Assembly (NCBI GenBank): GCA_963845245.1
Contig: CAWJRJ010000016.1
Location: 32,001-96,000 of the forward strand
Direction of reading: 5' to 3'
From: Nitrospirota bacterium
GTDB taxonomy: Bacteria; Nitrospirota; JACRHJ01
Length of the DNA: 64,000 nucleotides
Position numbers and translations under genes: made by a program. Under the pieces are notes generated by a model. That model had not been told where the DNA came from. It was given only the letters and a program-made list of their open reading frames with translations, and did no database searches. Positions within the stretch are counted from its first letter, which is position 1; each line of letters starts with the position of its first letter. Shown here in pieces: positions 1 through 10,218 of the stretch.

Positions 1-828
1 TGTTGACGTCTCGAGGGCGGCGAGCTGGATGTCGGAGCGGTGGCCGCCGGTTATAACCGCCTTGTTAGGTATCCTGCGGAAGTACTTGATGGCGCTGTCA
101 ACGTCCATGGCCCCGATGGAAAAGTTCTCGACGAGTTCTTCCAAGCGGTCCTCGCAGCAGATTACGCTGCCTCCGAGAGATTCGCTCAACTGCCTTATCG
201 TGATGGAGTTTAAGAGTTTGTCCGAGGGCAGCATGCCCAGGAGGGCTATCCCGTGCCTTTCAAGGAAGGGTGACACCATGTTCCGCAGGTAGTCCATACC
301 CTCCTGATGGACGCGGTTCAAGACCACGCCTATGAGTCTATCTCCCAAGGTTAATTTTAATGCTAGAATGCAGTCGAGGCAGGCGTCGCCGTCGAAGGGG
401 TCAACGATTACCACCTTTGCGTCCATTTCTTTTACCAGTTTCAATCCGGATATCCCGAGCATTGTGCCGTCATGTATGTCCCTTGCGCCGCCGATCAGCA
501 TGGCGTCCTTGCCTTTGCTTACGCTCTTGTAGGCCTGCATTACCGCGCTGAGCTGGTCCTTGCCCTTTCCGCTTATGGCCTCGGCTATCAGGTCGTGCGA
601 GAATACCACGGGGCATAGATTGTTTATAGGGTCCGGCAGCCCTAAAGTCTTTTTTATGAAGGCAACGTCGCCGTCAATGAGGATGCCTTTATCAACGACC
701 GGGATCTTCCCGTACGGTTTCATGTAGCCGACCTTCAAGCCGTCCTCCTGCATCTTCAGTGCAAGGCCCAGGGACACCAGGCTCTTGCCGGAGTAGCCTT
801 TAGTAGAGCCAATGTATATAGGTACCAT
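1..828 (-). CDS. Phosphotransacetylase-family (BioD-like N-terminal/DRTGG domain) protein, runs off the left edge
   Basis: Not in the ORF track. Manual translation from ATG at 828 gives MVPIYIGSTKGYSGKSLVSLGLALKMQEDGLKVGYMKPYG (P-loop GKS and GYMKP motifs), with a GGAGG RBS upstream. Confidence 0.85.
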   Translation of the reverse strand, partial: MVPIYIGSTKGYSGKSLVSLGLALKMQEDGLKVGYMKPYGKIPVVDKGILIDGDVAFIKKTLGLPDPINNLCPVVFSHDLIAEAISGKGKDQLSAVMQAYKSVSKGKDAMLIGGARDIHDGTMLGISGLKLVKEMDAKVVIVDPFDGDACLDCILALKLTLGDRLIGVVLNRVHQEGMDYLRNMVSPFLERHGIALLGMLPSDKLLNSITIRQLSESLGGSVICCEDRLEELVENFSIGAMDVDSAIKYFRRIPNKAVITGGHRSDIQLAALETST

Positions 829-840
829 CCGGACGCCTCC

Positions 841-2931
841 CTAAGTTAACGTGATCCGAGAATCTATAGCCACCGCGCCGCCGCCGTCGTCCTTGACCAG
901 CAGTGGGTTTATATCCATCTCCACTATTTCCGGGAAGTCGCATACAAGCTGTGACAGCCTGATGATTGCCTCCCTTATTGCGCCGATGTCTGACGGCCTC
1001 TCGCCCCTGAGGCCTTTCAGTATCCTGTACATCTTGATCTCCCGCATCATCTCCTGCGCGTCAGACTCTCCCAAAGGCGCAATCCGAAACGAGACGTCTC
1101 CCAATGCCTCGACGTATATGCCGCCCATACCGAACATGATAAGCGGCCCGAACTGTGGGTCCTTGCTCATGCCCAGGATTATCTCCCTGCCGCCAGTCAC
1201 CATCTCTTGCACCATGCAGCCTAGCACCATAGCGCGCGGCATCAGCCGCTTAGCGTTCGAGGTTATCTCAAGGAAAGCCGCCTCCACCTCTTTGCCGTCC
1301 TTTATGCCGACCCTGACGCCGCCAACGTCCGTCTTGTGGAGTATGTCAGGTGATGCTATCTTCATTACTACTGGGTACCCGACCTCTCTTGCCCTGGCCA
1401 CCGCTTCTTTGGATGTGACGGCCAGGAAATTGCCCGGTATCCTGAATCCGTATGCAGCTATGACTTCCCTTGCGTCCCCTTCGCCAAGCTCAAACTTCCC
1501 CAAGGCACGCGCCTTGTCGATGGCCTGGCGTACTCGTTCCCTGTCGACATCAAAGGTTTTGATCACGGGCTTTGAACGGCCCTTTGCCGCGCGGTAGCGG
1601 ACAAGTGCCTCGAAGGATTTGACCCCGTCCTCGGGGTAAGGGTAGACCGGGACCTGCTCGTCACGGAGTATCTCCGAGCCCTTCCTGACTCGTTCTCCGC
1701 CCATGAACGAGGCCAGAACAGGCTTGGCTGTCTGCTTCTTCAGGCGGGCTATCTCACGCGCCGTGTCCTCGACCTCGGTCATTGCCTGTGGGGTAAGGAC
1801 GACGAGTGCGCCGTCGACGTTTGGGTCGGCCAGTACCGCCTCAAGGGCATCAGCGTATCGGTCCGCCCGGGCGTCACCAATGACGTCAACCGGGTTGAAA
1901 AATCCGGCTGAGGTTGGCAGGTCTTTTCTGAGCCTGGCCACAGTGGCCGGGGTGAGTTCCGCCATCCTCGCCAGCGAGCGTTCGCAGGCGTCGGCGGCTA
2001 TTATGCCTGGGCCGCCTGCGTTGGTGACTACAGCCAGGTTTGGCCCTTCAGGTATGGGGTTGTCCGCGAAGGCCAGCGCGTAGTTGAAGAGATGTTCGAT
2101 GGTGTCGGCCCTCAATATACCGGTCTGCGTGAATACTGCCTCCCATGCCCGCTCAGAGCCTGCAAGCGAGCCGGTATGCGACGAGGCGGCCTTTGCTCCA
2201 GCCGCGGTCCCACCGGCTTTGGCTATGACAAGGGGCTTCTTACGGACCGTATCCCATGCCCGCTCCATGAACTTGCGGCCCGCTCCGACGCCTTCAATGT
2301 AGCCGAGTATAACCTTGGTATCCGGGTCGTCTGACAGGTATTCCATCATGTCGAGCTCGTCGATGTCAGACTTGTTCCCGAGGCTTATAAACTTGGAGAA
2401 CCCGACGCCGCGTGCGAGCGACCAGTCGAGTATGGCGGTGCAGAGAGCGCCGGATTGCGAGAAGAAGGCTATATTGCCCTTGAGCGGCATTGACGGCGCA
2501 AAGGAGGCGTTCAGACCGTTTCCGGCGTTTATGAGTCCAAGGCAGTTCGGCCCCAGGATGCGCATTCCGTAGCTTGCCGCAAGCTCAAGCAGGGACTCCT
2601 CAAGGATGCGGCCATCAGAGCCGGTCTCCTTGAAGCCTGCCGTTATAACGATTGCGGCGCGCACCCCCTTCATCCCGCAGTCCTTTATCACATCCATAAC
2701 GAATTCCCGCGGTACGGCTATGACTGCAAGGTCTACCTTGGCGGGTATGGAGCTTGTCTTGTCGAAGCTTTTAAGCCCCATTATGGAGTCTGCGGATGGG
2801 TTGACCGGATAGATGCCGCCTGAATAGCCGTTGTCTTTCAGGTTGCCAAGGATGCTGGAGCCGACCTTGCGCGGGTCTTTTGAAGCGCCTATTACAGCGA
2901 CTGATTTTGGATTGAAGAAGTTATCAAGCAA
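841..2931 (-). CDS. Acetate/acyl-CoA ligase (ADP-forming), fused alpha-beta type
   Basis: FFNPKSVAVIGAS, GPNCLG, SQSGA, phospho-His motif ASSHTGSLAG and a C-terminal ATP-grasp (HKTDVGGV, DINPL). Start trimmed to TTG 2931. Confidence 0.92.
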   Translation of the reverse strand: MLDNFFNPKSVAVIGASKDPRKVGSSILGNLKDNGYSGGIYPVNPSADSIMGLKSFDKTSSIPAKVDLAVIAVPREFVMDVIKDCGMKGVRAAIVITAGFKETGSDGRILEESLLELAASYGMRILGPNCLGLINAGNGLNASFAPSMPLKGNIAFFSQSGALCTAILDWSLARGVGFSKFISLGNKSDIDELDMMEYLSDDPDTKVILGYIEGVGAGRKFMERAWDTVRKKPLVIAKAGGTAAGAKAASSHTGSLAGSERAWEAVFTQTGILRADTIEHLFNYALAFADNPIPEGPNLAVVTNAGGPGIIAADACERSLARMAELTPATVARLRKDLPTSAGFFNPVDVIGDARADRYADALEAVLADPNVDGALVVLTPQAMTEVEDTAREIARLKKQTAKPVLASFMGGERVRKGSEILRDEQVPVYPYPEDGVKSFEALVRYRAAKGRSKPVIKTFDVDRERVRQAIDKARALGKFELGEGDAREVIAAYGFRIPGNFLAVTSKEAVARAREVGYPVVMKIASPDILHKTDVGGVRVGIKDGKEVEAAFLEITSNAKRLMPRAMVLGCMVQEMVTGGREIILGMSKDPQFGPLIMFGMGGIYVEALGDVSFRIAPLGESDAQEMMREIKMYRILKGLRGERPSDIGAIREAIIRLSQLVCDFPEIVEMDINPLLVKDDGGGAVAIDSRITLT

Positions 2932-3009
2932 AGTGATAATTATCCCATGTTTTTTTATAATAATAATAAAAGGTGCGGTGAAAGTCAATTCGGAGGCGGG
3001 AGGGGAATG

Positions 3010-5679
3010 TCAGGAGACCTCTGCTGCCTTGCCGTTGTCGATGAGTTTTTCCACCCTCTGCGTCAGCTCGGCTGGAGTGAAGGGCTTTGTGATGTAATCG
3101 TTTGCCCCTGCCGCGAAGCCCTTTTCAAGCTCGTGTTTCTGTGCGGCGGCTGAAAACATCGCGACCGGTATATCAGCGGTATGGCTGTTGTCCTTAAGGA
3201 TACGGCAGACCTCGAAGCCGTCGAGCCCGCGCATCCATACGTCCATCAGGATGGCTTCGGGTTTTTCATTGAAGGCCATCTTGAGGCCCTCAAAACCGTC
3301 CTTGGCTACAATCACGTTGAACTTTTTTTCCAGAATAAGCTTCGTGAATATGACTGTATCTTCGTCGTCTTCGACCAGTAGTACTGTCCGCTTATGTTGG
3401 TCCGCCCTGTCCTTCTTTTCTTCCGGATCAGGCGTGGCAGCCTTTACTGCAGGTATCAACGGCAACTCCGTCTTGGCGGCGGGCTGTTTCATCGGCAGGA
3501 GCATTACAAACCGGCTACCAGGGCAGCGTTCGGCGTCTTCGCCCTCGCTCTCTGCCCATATCTGGCCGTTATGTGCGGTTACGATACCCCTGACGATTGA
3601 TAACCCGAGGCCTGTGCCGCCTCCAAGGAACTTTGACTTGCCGGTCGAATGGGCGTCCACGTCGCCGACCTCGAAGAACTTGTCGAAGATCTTTTCAAGG
3701 TGGTCTTTGGCTATACCTATGCCGGTGTCTTCCACCACGATCTCCAGATAGGTGTCCGCCGAAAGGATGGAGTTGTCGAATGCCATGTGTTTCAGACGTC
3801 CGGTTTCCTTGTTTATCTTTACCTTCCTGCCGCTCAGGGTTATGCCTCCGCCATCCGGTGTGAATTTAACGGCGTTGCCGATCAGGTTTGTCATGCACTG
3901 CTGAAGCCTGTCGAAGTCCGCTTCCAGCTTGGGCAGCAGGTCCAGGTTCGAGGTCTTGATGTCCACGTGCCTTTGGTTTAGGAACGGGCGTATCTCGTCG
4001 AGCGAGGCGCTTATCACGTCGGACATTGATATCCACCTGAGCTTAAGCGGGAGGCGCCCGCCTTCAATCTTGGCGACTATCAGAAGGTCTTCAACTATAT
4101 CCCTCAGCCGGGAGGCTCCTTTTGTCGCAATCTCAAGCATCTCGCGCTGCTCCCCGGTTATCTCTCCGAGGTCGCCTGCGATCATCAGGTTTAGATAGCC
4201 CATAACCGAGACGAGCGGCGTCCTGAGCTCGTGGGAGGCGAGGGACAGGAAGTTTGTCTTCGTCTGGTCAAGCATCCGGAGTTCCTTGTTGGCCCGCTCA
4301 ACTGTCTCGAGGTTTTCCATGAGCTGACGGTAGAGGTAGGCGTTTTCCACCGCCATTGCCGCCGTTGACGCGAACGTGGCCAGGATGTCGAGCTTGTCCC
4401 TGCGCATCGGCTTCATAGTCCTGCGGTTGTCGACCAGGATGACGCCGACGCAACGGTCTTTTCCGACCATTGGGATTATCGCGAACTCGTTGAGGTTCAG
4501 CTGTTCCGCAGTTTTCTCGGGTATCCTGGAGTCAAGGGACGCCTGCGCCACGTACTGGACAGAGCGTTCTCTTACCGCTGCCGCGAATATGTTGTTGTTA
4601 TCGAGAGGCTCCGACAGAAGTTCCCGCTCCCTGCCTCCCATCCCGATGCTTATCTTTTCTTCCAGGGTCCTTGCCTGCTCGTTTACAAGCGCCAGGAGGA
4701 CCCTGTCGTAGCCGACTTCCTCGGTTATGTCTTTTGCGGCGGACGAGAGTATGTCGTCCAGCTCCATGCTCTGCCGCAGGCGGTCGGTGGCGTCGTGGAG
4801 GAATGAGAGTTCGCCGACCTTTTCTTTTAGGTGCTGGCTTTTAAGCTCAAGCTCGCCTGCGGTGTTCTCGAGCTGCACGTTTGAGTTCTGTAGCTCGTCG
4901 TTTGCCTTCTCCAGGTCTTTAAAGCCCTGCTGTACCCGTTCTTCCCTCTCTTTGATCGATTCTGCCATCCAGTTGAAAGATTCGGCGAGGTGGCCTATCT
5001 CACTATGCGAGCTGATGTTGAGGCGCCGGCTCCAGTCTCCCTGGGCAATGAGCGAGGCTGTGGAAGCCATCTCTATTATAGGGGCGACGACCTTGCGGTT
5101 GACAAAAACGGAGACTATTACTGCAGCGAGTATGAATGTCAGCAGCGCTACGGCAACGGACTCCCATAAAAGAGGGTACACTTTTTCAGAAACAGCGGAA
5201 GCTTTGAGCCCCAGTCGTAGAGACCCCAGAAGCTTTTGTTCCGAGTCCAAGACCGGGATGGAAATGTCGTAATAGTCGACTCCGTCGTCTTTTCTGTTTT
5301 GTATCTTGATGTCGCGCGCGCTTGCCGCGGCCATGCTTGCCGGGTCGCGCAGGAAACGGCCGGCCGAAAGCGGGTCGTTGTGGTAGAGGACCCTGCTCTC
5401 CGTGTTGACCAGCATGCAGTAGCCGATCTCCTTGTTGTTGTCGACAATGTCATGGCAGGATTCGTTCAACCCTTCTAGCGATTCCAGGTTAAGGCCGAGG
5501 TTGACGGCCCTGCTCAGTTCATCGCGCAGATGTTCGCCGATCATGCGTACCTGGTTCTGCAGGGATTTTTTCTGGAAGGAGACGAACGAAACGGAGAGGA
5601 ACGCCGTGTTTATGGCGAGTACCGCCGAAAGGATAATGAAGACAAGTATCAGGGATTTAGTTTTGAGGCTGTTTTTCAT
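3010..5679 (-). CDS. Membrane hybrid sensor histidine kinase (periplasmic sensor-HAMP-GAF-HisKA-HATPase-REC)
   Basis: Two TM segments, HAMP EIGHLAESFNWMA, H-box ASHELRTPL, N-box NLIGNAVKFT, G-boxes DTGIG and GTGLGL, receiver LLVEDD...ILMDVWM...KPF. Confidence 0.93.
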   Translation of the reverse strand: MKNSLKTKSLILVFIILSAVLAINTAFLSVSFVSFQKKSLQNQVRMIGEHLRDELSRAVNLGLNLESLEGLNESCHDIVDNNKEIGYCMLVNTESRVLYHNDPLSAGRFLRDPASMAAASARDIKIQNRKDDGVDYYDISIPVLDSEQKLLGSLRLGLKASAVSEKVYPLLWESVAVALLTFILAAVIVSVFVNRKVVAPIIEMASTASLIAQGDWSRRLNISSHSEIGHLAESFNWMAESIKEREERVQQGFKDLEKANDELQNSNVQLENTAGELELKSQHLKEKVGELSFLHDATDRLRQSMELDDILSSAAKDITEEVGYDRVLLALVNEQARTLEEKISIGMGGRERELLSEPLDNNNIFAAAVRERSVQYVAQASLDSRIPEKTAEQLNLNEFAIIPMVGKDRCVGVILVDNRRTMKPMRRDKLDILATFASTAAMAVENAYLYRQLMENLETVERANKELRMLDQTKTNFLSLASHELRTPLVSVMGYLNLMIAGDLGEITGEQREMLEIATKGASRLRDIVEDLLIVAKIEGGRLPLKLRWISMSDVISASLDEIRPFLNQRHVDIKTSNLDLLPKLEADFDRLQQCMTNLIGNAVKFTPDGGGITLSGRKVKINKETGRLKHMAFDNSILSADTYLEIVVEDTGIGIAKDHLEKIFDKFFEVGDVDAHSTGKSKFLGGGTGLGLSIVRGIVTAHNGQIWAESEGEDAERCPGSRFVMLLPMKQPAAKTELPLIPAVKAATPDPEEKKDRADQHKRTVLLVEDDEDTVIFTKLILEKKFNVIVAKDGFEGLKMAFNEKPEAILMDVWMRGLDGFEVCRILKDNSHTADIPVAMFSAAAQKHELEKGFAAGANDYITKPFTPAELTQRVEKLIDNGKAAEVS

Positions 5680-5727
5680 ACCTTATCCAAGGTTTACCTC
5701 AAATTGTAGACGGTGAAAAGCTAAAAA

Positions 5728-7833
5728 TCAACCTTTTTCGCGAGTATCCGATAATGTAGCGCGGTAGGCGGTACACCGGTTACGGCCGTGGCCCTTTGAC
5801 CAATAGAGTGCCTGGTCCGCTTTCTCAATAAGATCGGCCTTGTCAGAGGAGTCATCAGGGCATGTCGCGAAGCCGATGCTTAAAGTAATTGGTATGTTGT
5901 TGCCGTCAAGCTTGAACTTGGCCGTCTCGACCGCAGACCTTATACGTTCCGCCATCTGTTGGGCGCCCTTTGAGTCGGTGTTCTTAAGGAGAGCCACGAA
6001 CTCCTCTCCCCCGTACCTCGCGGCCACGTCTACCTGCCTCAGGGCGCCCTGGAGCAGCTTGGATACTTTTCTTAGGACCGCGTCGCCGACGGGGTGGCCA
6101 TAGGTGTCGTTCACCTTTTTAAAGTGGTCAATGTCAAGAAGAAGAAGGGATAGGGGTTCCGGGTAGCGGGCTATCCTGACAAACTCCTCGTCAGCCTTCT
6201 CCTGGAAAGAGCGGTGGTTCACGAGCCCGGTCAGGCCGTCCGTAGTGGCCATCTGATGCATCTGATGGTGGAGCCTGGCGTTTGTTATGCTGGTGGCGAC
6301 CTGGTTTGCGACTATGTTCAGCATGTGCTGCTGGGAGGCGCTGATGTTTCCCGTCCGCCTTAGCGCGAGGGTGATTATGCCTGTCACCTTGTCGTTGTTT
6401 ATAAGCGGTATGCCGAGGAACGATTTGTAGTCGAGTTTCAGGAGCCCGGCAGGGAAAATCGGGAGCTTCTCCGCGCGCTGGTCGAGGTCAGAGAAACTTA
6501 GAGGCTGGCGGCTCTCCACTATCCATTCAAGCAGGCTGCCTGCAAGCGGTACTGGTTCGACGGGCACTTTCAGGCCGTCGTACCCCTCAAGCTTTTTGAA
6601 GGTTATGTGCCCATTCCCCTCGACAAATGAAACGGTGAGGTAGTCGTACGGCAGGATATCCCTGCTGAGGTTCGCAAGCTTATCCAGGATAGTGGGGATA
6701 TCAAGGCTTGAGGATATGCCTTCGCTCATTTTGTGGAGTGCAGCGGAGATGGCGGCCGACTCGTCCACCTGCCTGCTCTCCCTCACGCTCTGGAGCAGAT
6801 AGACCATCAGCCTTCCGAAGCGGTCCAGGGTTTCTTTGTCGTTGTCGGTGAATACCCCTTCGGCGAGCGAGTCGAGAGCTATCACACCCTCCATGTAGCT
6901 CCCGTTCATCACGGGGACTGCAATGAAGGATTGCACGCCACCGTCGTCTTTGACATAGCACAGCCCGCGCGCCTTCTCGGCCACCAGCACCGGCGCCCTC
7001 TCCTTGGCTACCCAGCCGACAAGCCCCTGCCCGACTGGTATGGTCTTGTCTTCCAGCACGTCCGTGCCGCCTATGTGCATCTTAAGGTAGAGGCTTTCAC
7101 CACTGCCATCAGGCATGAACAGCAGTGCGGTATGGGAGGGTATGGCCGTGTGCACCGCCTCCAGGAGGTCTTCGAGCGCCCTGTCGAACTCGGCGGCTGA
7201 CTGGAAGCGCCTCGCCTCGATACCCGCGGGCGATATGCTGGCCGCAGCCACGGATTCCCCGTCTTCGGGGCTTATCGCGTTAGCGCCGTCCTGCATCCGC
7301 CTTACCGCCTGAAGCACCTTCTCCTTCTTCTTGTGTTCCGATTTGAAGAGCCTGCCAAGGATTATGGCTATGCCCGTGAGGTATGCGCCGAAGACCGCAA
7401 GGTTAACTGTTGTCTCAAGGTGGGCCCCGTTAGGGAGCAGGAGCGCGTTTGCGCCCTCAAGCCCGAGGATGAGGCCTGCAGCCAGGAAGTTGAACCTTAT
7501 GGGGTAGAACAGGGCGCAAAGCGCCACAAGGAGGTAATACATCGGCTGTAGCCAGTGCCTGCCAGGCCCGAGCGCGACGGAGATGACGTTAATGGCGAGC
7601 ATGATGGATACTACGAAGGCCAGGTCCGCGGTGGGGTATGAGGCCAGCGGCCTGACGTAGCGCCACAGGCTTGCGGCGAGCAGCAGGAGTATGGAGCCAG
7701 ACCAGAAGGCGAGCGAGGGCGACTCGAAGCCAAGACCCCACAGCGGGCTGACGCAGGCCCCGGCGTACGCCCCGAGAACGGTTATCAAAAAGAAGTTCCT
7801 GTTAAGGAACCCGTCGTTCGTAATGCTGCGCAA
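5728..7833 (-). CDS. Membrane diguanylate cyclase with two GAF domains
   Basis: N-terminal TM bundle, two GAF-like regions, TDGLTGLVN, DIDHFKKVND, intact GGEEF with I-site RQVD five residues upstream. Confidence 0.92.
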   Translation of the reverse strand: MRSITNDGFLNRNFFLITVLGAYAGACVSPLWGLGFESPSLAFWSGSILLLLAASLWRYVRPLASYPTADLAFVVSIMLAINVISVALGPGRHWLQPMYYLLVALCALFYPIRFNFLAAGLILGLEGANALLLPNGAHLETTVNLAVFGAYLTGIAIILGRLFKSEHKKKEKVLQAVRRMQDGANAISPEDGESVAAASISPAGIEARRFQSAAEFDRALEDLLEAVHTAIPSHTALLFMPDGSGESLYLKMHIGGTDVLEDKTIPVGQGLVGWVAKERAPVLVAEKARGLCYVKDDGGVQSFIAVPVMNGSYMEGVIALDSLAEGVFTDNDKETLDRFGRLMVYLLQSVRESRQVDESAAISAALHKMSEGISSSLDIPTILDKLANLSRDILPYDYLTVSFVEGNGHITFKKLEGYDGLKVPVEPVPLAGSLLEWIVESRQPLSFSDLDQRAEKLPIFPAGLLKLDYKSFLGIPLINNDKVTGIITLALRRTGNISASQQHMLNIVANQVATSITNARLHHQMHQMATTDGLTGLVNHRSFQEKADEEFVRIARYPEPLSLLLLDIDHFKKVNDTYGHPVGDAVLRKVSKLLQGALRQVDVAARYGGEEFVALLKNTDSKGAQQMAERIRSAVETAKFKLDGNNIPITLSIGFATCPDDSSDKADLIEKADQALYWSKGHGRNRCTAYRATLSDTREKG

Positions 7834-7854
7834 AAGCTTCCCGCCTCCCGGTGC

Positions 7855-8133
7855 CTAAGACTTTCCCTTCTTGTTAAGCTCTTCCTGGTAATGTTTGTTG
7901 TAGAGCACGTCCCACTCCGGGCTGCCCTCGAGTATCTTCCGGGAGTACGAGAGCACCTTCTTTCTAACGATGTCGTCTATCTCGTCTTCCTTCTTCACCC
8001 AGCGGGCGATGAGCTGTTTCATCTCGCGGCGGACCTTCGCGTCCTCCTCGGCCAGTTCAGCCGCCTTGGTCTTGACGAGCGAGTCGAATATGACGTGTGC
8101 GAGGTGCGATATCTTGTCTTCGGATAGACGCAT
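7855..8133 (-). CDS. DUF507 family protein
   Basis: MRLSEDKISHLAHVI...EGSPEWDVLYNKHYQEEL is typical of the second gene of DUF507 pairs; GGAGG RBS. Confidence 0.75.
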   Translation of the reverse strand: MRLSEDKISHLAHVIFDSLVKTKAAELAEEDAKVRREMKQLIARWVKKEDEIDDIVRKKVLSYSRKILEGSPEWDVLYNKHYQEELNKKGKS

Positions 8134-8145
8134 TGTGCCTCCGTT

Positions 8146-8427
8146 TTAAAGTACGATGCCGCGCTCGCGCACGAGTTTCTTTTTCACCAGGTCGAACATG
8201 GTCTTGTAGTCCGCCTTGCCCTGTTCGATCTCTTTCTCGTACACCTTGAGCAGGTCCTTCACCTCTTCGTTCAACCTGTCCTCCACCAACAGGTCGTCCA
8301 CGATGGCCTTCTCGATAAGCTCTATAGCCTCCTCGTGAGAGACTTTCAGCTTGATGAGCTTTTTCTTCTCGACGTCGGCCAGGACCTCCGCCGCGAGCGC
8401 CTTTATCTGGTGCTGGGTCAGCTTCAT
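8146..8427 (-). CDS. DUF507 family protein
   Basis: EDRLNEEVKDLL...DYKTMFDLVKKKLVRERGIVL matches the DUF507 pattern. Confidence 0.78.
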   Translation of the reverse strand: MKLTQHQIKALAAEVLADVEKKKLIKLKVSHEEAIELIEKAIVDDLLVEDRLNEEVKDLLKVYEKEIEQGKADYKTMFDLVKKKLVRERGIVL

Positions 8428-8571
8428 TTTCTCACCTGCAATGAGGGGTTAACTGCCTGATTTATGGCTGGGTTATTATACCTGAAAGGCGGCGTTAGTT
8501 AAATAAATAATTGCATAAGCCCGGAATAAGGCCTATATTATTAAAAATCTACTCATAATCAAGGGGTTAAA

Positions 8572-9180
8572 ATGAAAAAACTATTTGCCGCCGCAGGACT
8601 GTTGCTTGCTCTTTTCGGGTGCGGACACGCCAAGGAATTGAAGGCCGCCGAGGAAAAAGGCACCGCCTCGAAATACGAGGTGGAGGGCAACACCGTTCGC
8701 TGTGCCACACCCACGCTCGCTTTCGAGATATCCTACCTGTCTCCGGAACAGACAGACATGTACTTCTCCATCTACAAGGGCGGCAAATACAAAAACCCGT
8801 TCCCGCCTTCGGTGGTGGTTTTCCTGATGTCGATTGAGAACAGAGGCAAGAATACGGCCTTGTTCAACCCGGGGCTCGCCTGGATATACCCGGAGAAGGG
8901 CATGCCTTCCTCCGCGAAGGACTACACATCCCTCTATACCGACTTCGACCTCACGAAGACGGAGGATATCGACGAGCGGATGGAGGCCTTTAAGGTGTCT
9001 TCGTTCGATGGCACGGAGTCGATTGCCCCCGGCACAACCGTGAAGAAGCTGCTGTTATTCTCACGGGGCAAGGAACCGTTCGACAAGGCGGGCCTCAGGC
9101 TTGAGAACATATACTCAGGTAAGGAGTGCGACAACGTGAAGTTCATATTCCCGGGAGGGCTGGGATTGGGGCCGGAATGA
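8572..9180 (+). CDS. Putative lipoprotein of unknown function
   Basis: Signal peptide with lipobox LALFGC; AGGGG RBS; TTGCAT-N17-TATATT promoter-like motif upstream. Confidence 0.7.
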   Translation: MKKLFAAAGLLLALFGCGHAKELKAAEEKGTASKYEVEGNTVRCATPTLAFEISYLSPEQTDMYFSIYKGGKYKNPFPPSVVVFLMSIENRGKNTALFNPGLAWIYPEKGMPSSAKDYTSLYTDFDLTKTEDIDERMEAFKVSSFDGTESIAPGTTVKKLLLFSRGKEPFDKAGLRLENIYSGKECDNVKFIFPGGLGLGPE

Positions 9181-9203
9181 CGGGCCGTGTCTTATAAATT
9201 AAC

Positions 9204-9232
9204 AAGGCCGCCCCTTTACCGGGAGCGGCCTT
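9204..9232. terminator. Hairpin, likely bidirectional terminator between convergent genes
   Basis: AAGGCCGC-CCC-TTTACC-GGG-A-GCGGCCTT stem-loop; identical copy at 10151-10179. Confidence 0.7.
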
Positions 9233-9271
9233 TAAGTTTGTTATTCTATGTTTCTATGTGGTCTGTCGCCC

Positions 9272-10051
9272 TTACGGCGTGTTCGTCCCAAGTGTGTTGC
9301 CCGCCCCGAAAATGTTTGCGTTGTTGTATGTCGCGTTGCCGTCCACCAAAACCGGCCCGTTGCTGGTGACTATCCCGTTTGCGGTGTTGCTGCATGCGGA
9401 GTTGTTTTTGACCGTGCAGCCGGGTCCCGCAAAAATCCCGATACCTGTATTGGCATAGCTGCTGTTGCCGATGATAACGCAGGACGGGCCATACACATAA
9501 ATGCCCCAAGCGGGTGAGTCTACTGTTCCGTTATTATACGCGACGTTGTTTGTAATGATGCTGCCCGCGGCCTCTGCTAAAATCCCGTAACTTTTGTTCG
9601 TATACGCCATGCAATCCTTTATCACTGCGCCAATTGCTGATAAGGCAAGAGATATACCCACCTGATTATCGTGTAGCCTGAGATTTGATGCCTTTGTGGA
9701 AATGCTGTTGACGTCGGCGTATAACCCGGATGAAAAGCCGGAGATATACCCGTTCCGGACCTCCACCCCGTCGCCGTTGATGGTTACCCCGTTGAATGAA
9801 GCGGTTGCTGCGCCGGGGCCGGTAATGCTGTAGCCGCCCATGTCGAGGGTGACGTTGTTGGCGGATATGGTAATCGCATGCGCGAGGTTTGCGGTGTAGG
9901 TCAGGTTGCCCGCCAGTGTGTAGTTGCCAGGGACGGATATCGTGTATGGCAGGTTTTTGATTGCGATGGGGCCTTTGGCGAAGGCCGTAGCCGGGATTAA
10001 CAGCGCCGCGAACAGGGACACAAATGCGATACTTCTTAATGCTTTCTTCAC
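9272..10051 (-). CDS. Secreted right-handed parallel beta-helix repeat protein (NosD/pectin-lyase-like fold), copy 1
   Basis: Signal peptide ending ATAFA, LPYTISVPGNYTLAGNL cap, repeated GIxx...NNxxxxN turns. Confidence 0.85.
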   Translation of the reverse strand: MKKALRSIAFVSLFAALLIPATAFAKGPIAIKNLPYTISVPGNYTLAGNLTYTANLAHAITISANNVTLDMGGYSITGPGAATASFNGVTINGDGVEVRNGYISGFSSGLYADVNSISTKASNLRLHDNQVGISLALSAIGAVIKDCMAYTNKSYGILAEAAGSIITNNVAYNNGTVDSPAWGIYVYGPSCVIIGNSSYANTGIGIFAGPGCTVKNNSACSNTANGIVTSNGPVLVDGNATYNNANIFGAGNTLGTNTP

Positions 10052-10090
10052 TTCTTTCTCCTCCTTTGAAATGGGTGTTTTGTTGTTAAA

Positions 10091-10119
10091 TTTATAGCGG
10101 ATATTTAATGACTTTACAA
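10091..10119 (-). promoter_or_regulatory. Sigma70-type promoter of beta-helix copy 1
   Basis: TTGTAA-N17-TATAAA on the minus strand, conserved in position in the paralogous upstream region. Confidence 0.6.
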
Positions 10120-10146
10120 TAGTAAAGTGAAAGGGGAGGCATAAAT

Positions 10147-10183
10147 CAACAAGGCCGCCCCTTTACCGGGAGCGGCCTTGTTG
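10147..10183 (-). terminator. Terminator of beta-helix copy 2 (duplicate of 9204-9232)
   Basis: CAACAAGGCCGC...GCGGCCTTGTTG hairpin. Confidence 0.7.
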
Positions 10184-10218
10184 TTTGCTATGCTATGCCT
10201 CTACGTGGCCTATCGCCC

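Noticed and set aside
851..2812. Long + strand ORFs opposite the acyl-CoA ligase, and similar shadow ORFs opposite cysK, fba, nrdJ and alaS
   Set aside because: Antisense or alternate-frame shadows of well-supported genes in GC-rich DNA; no motifs or RBS.
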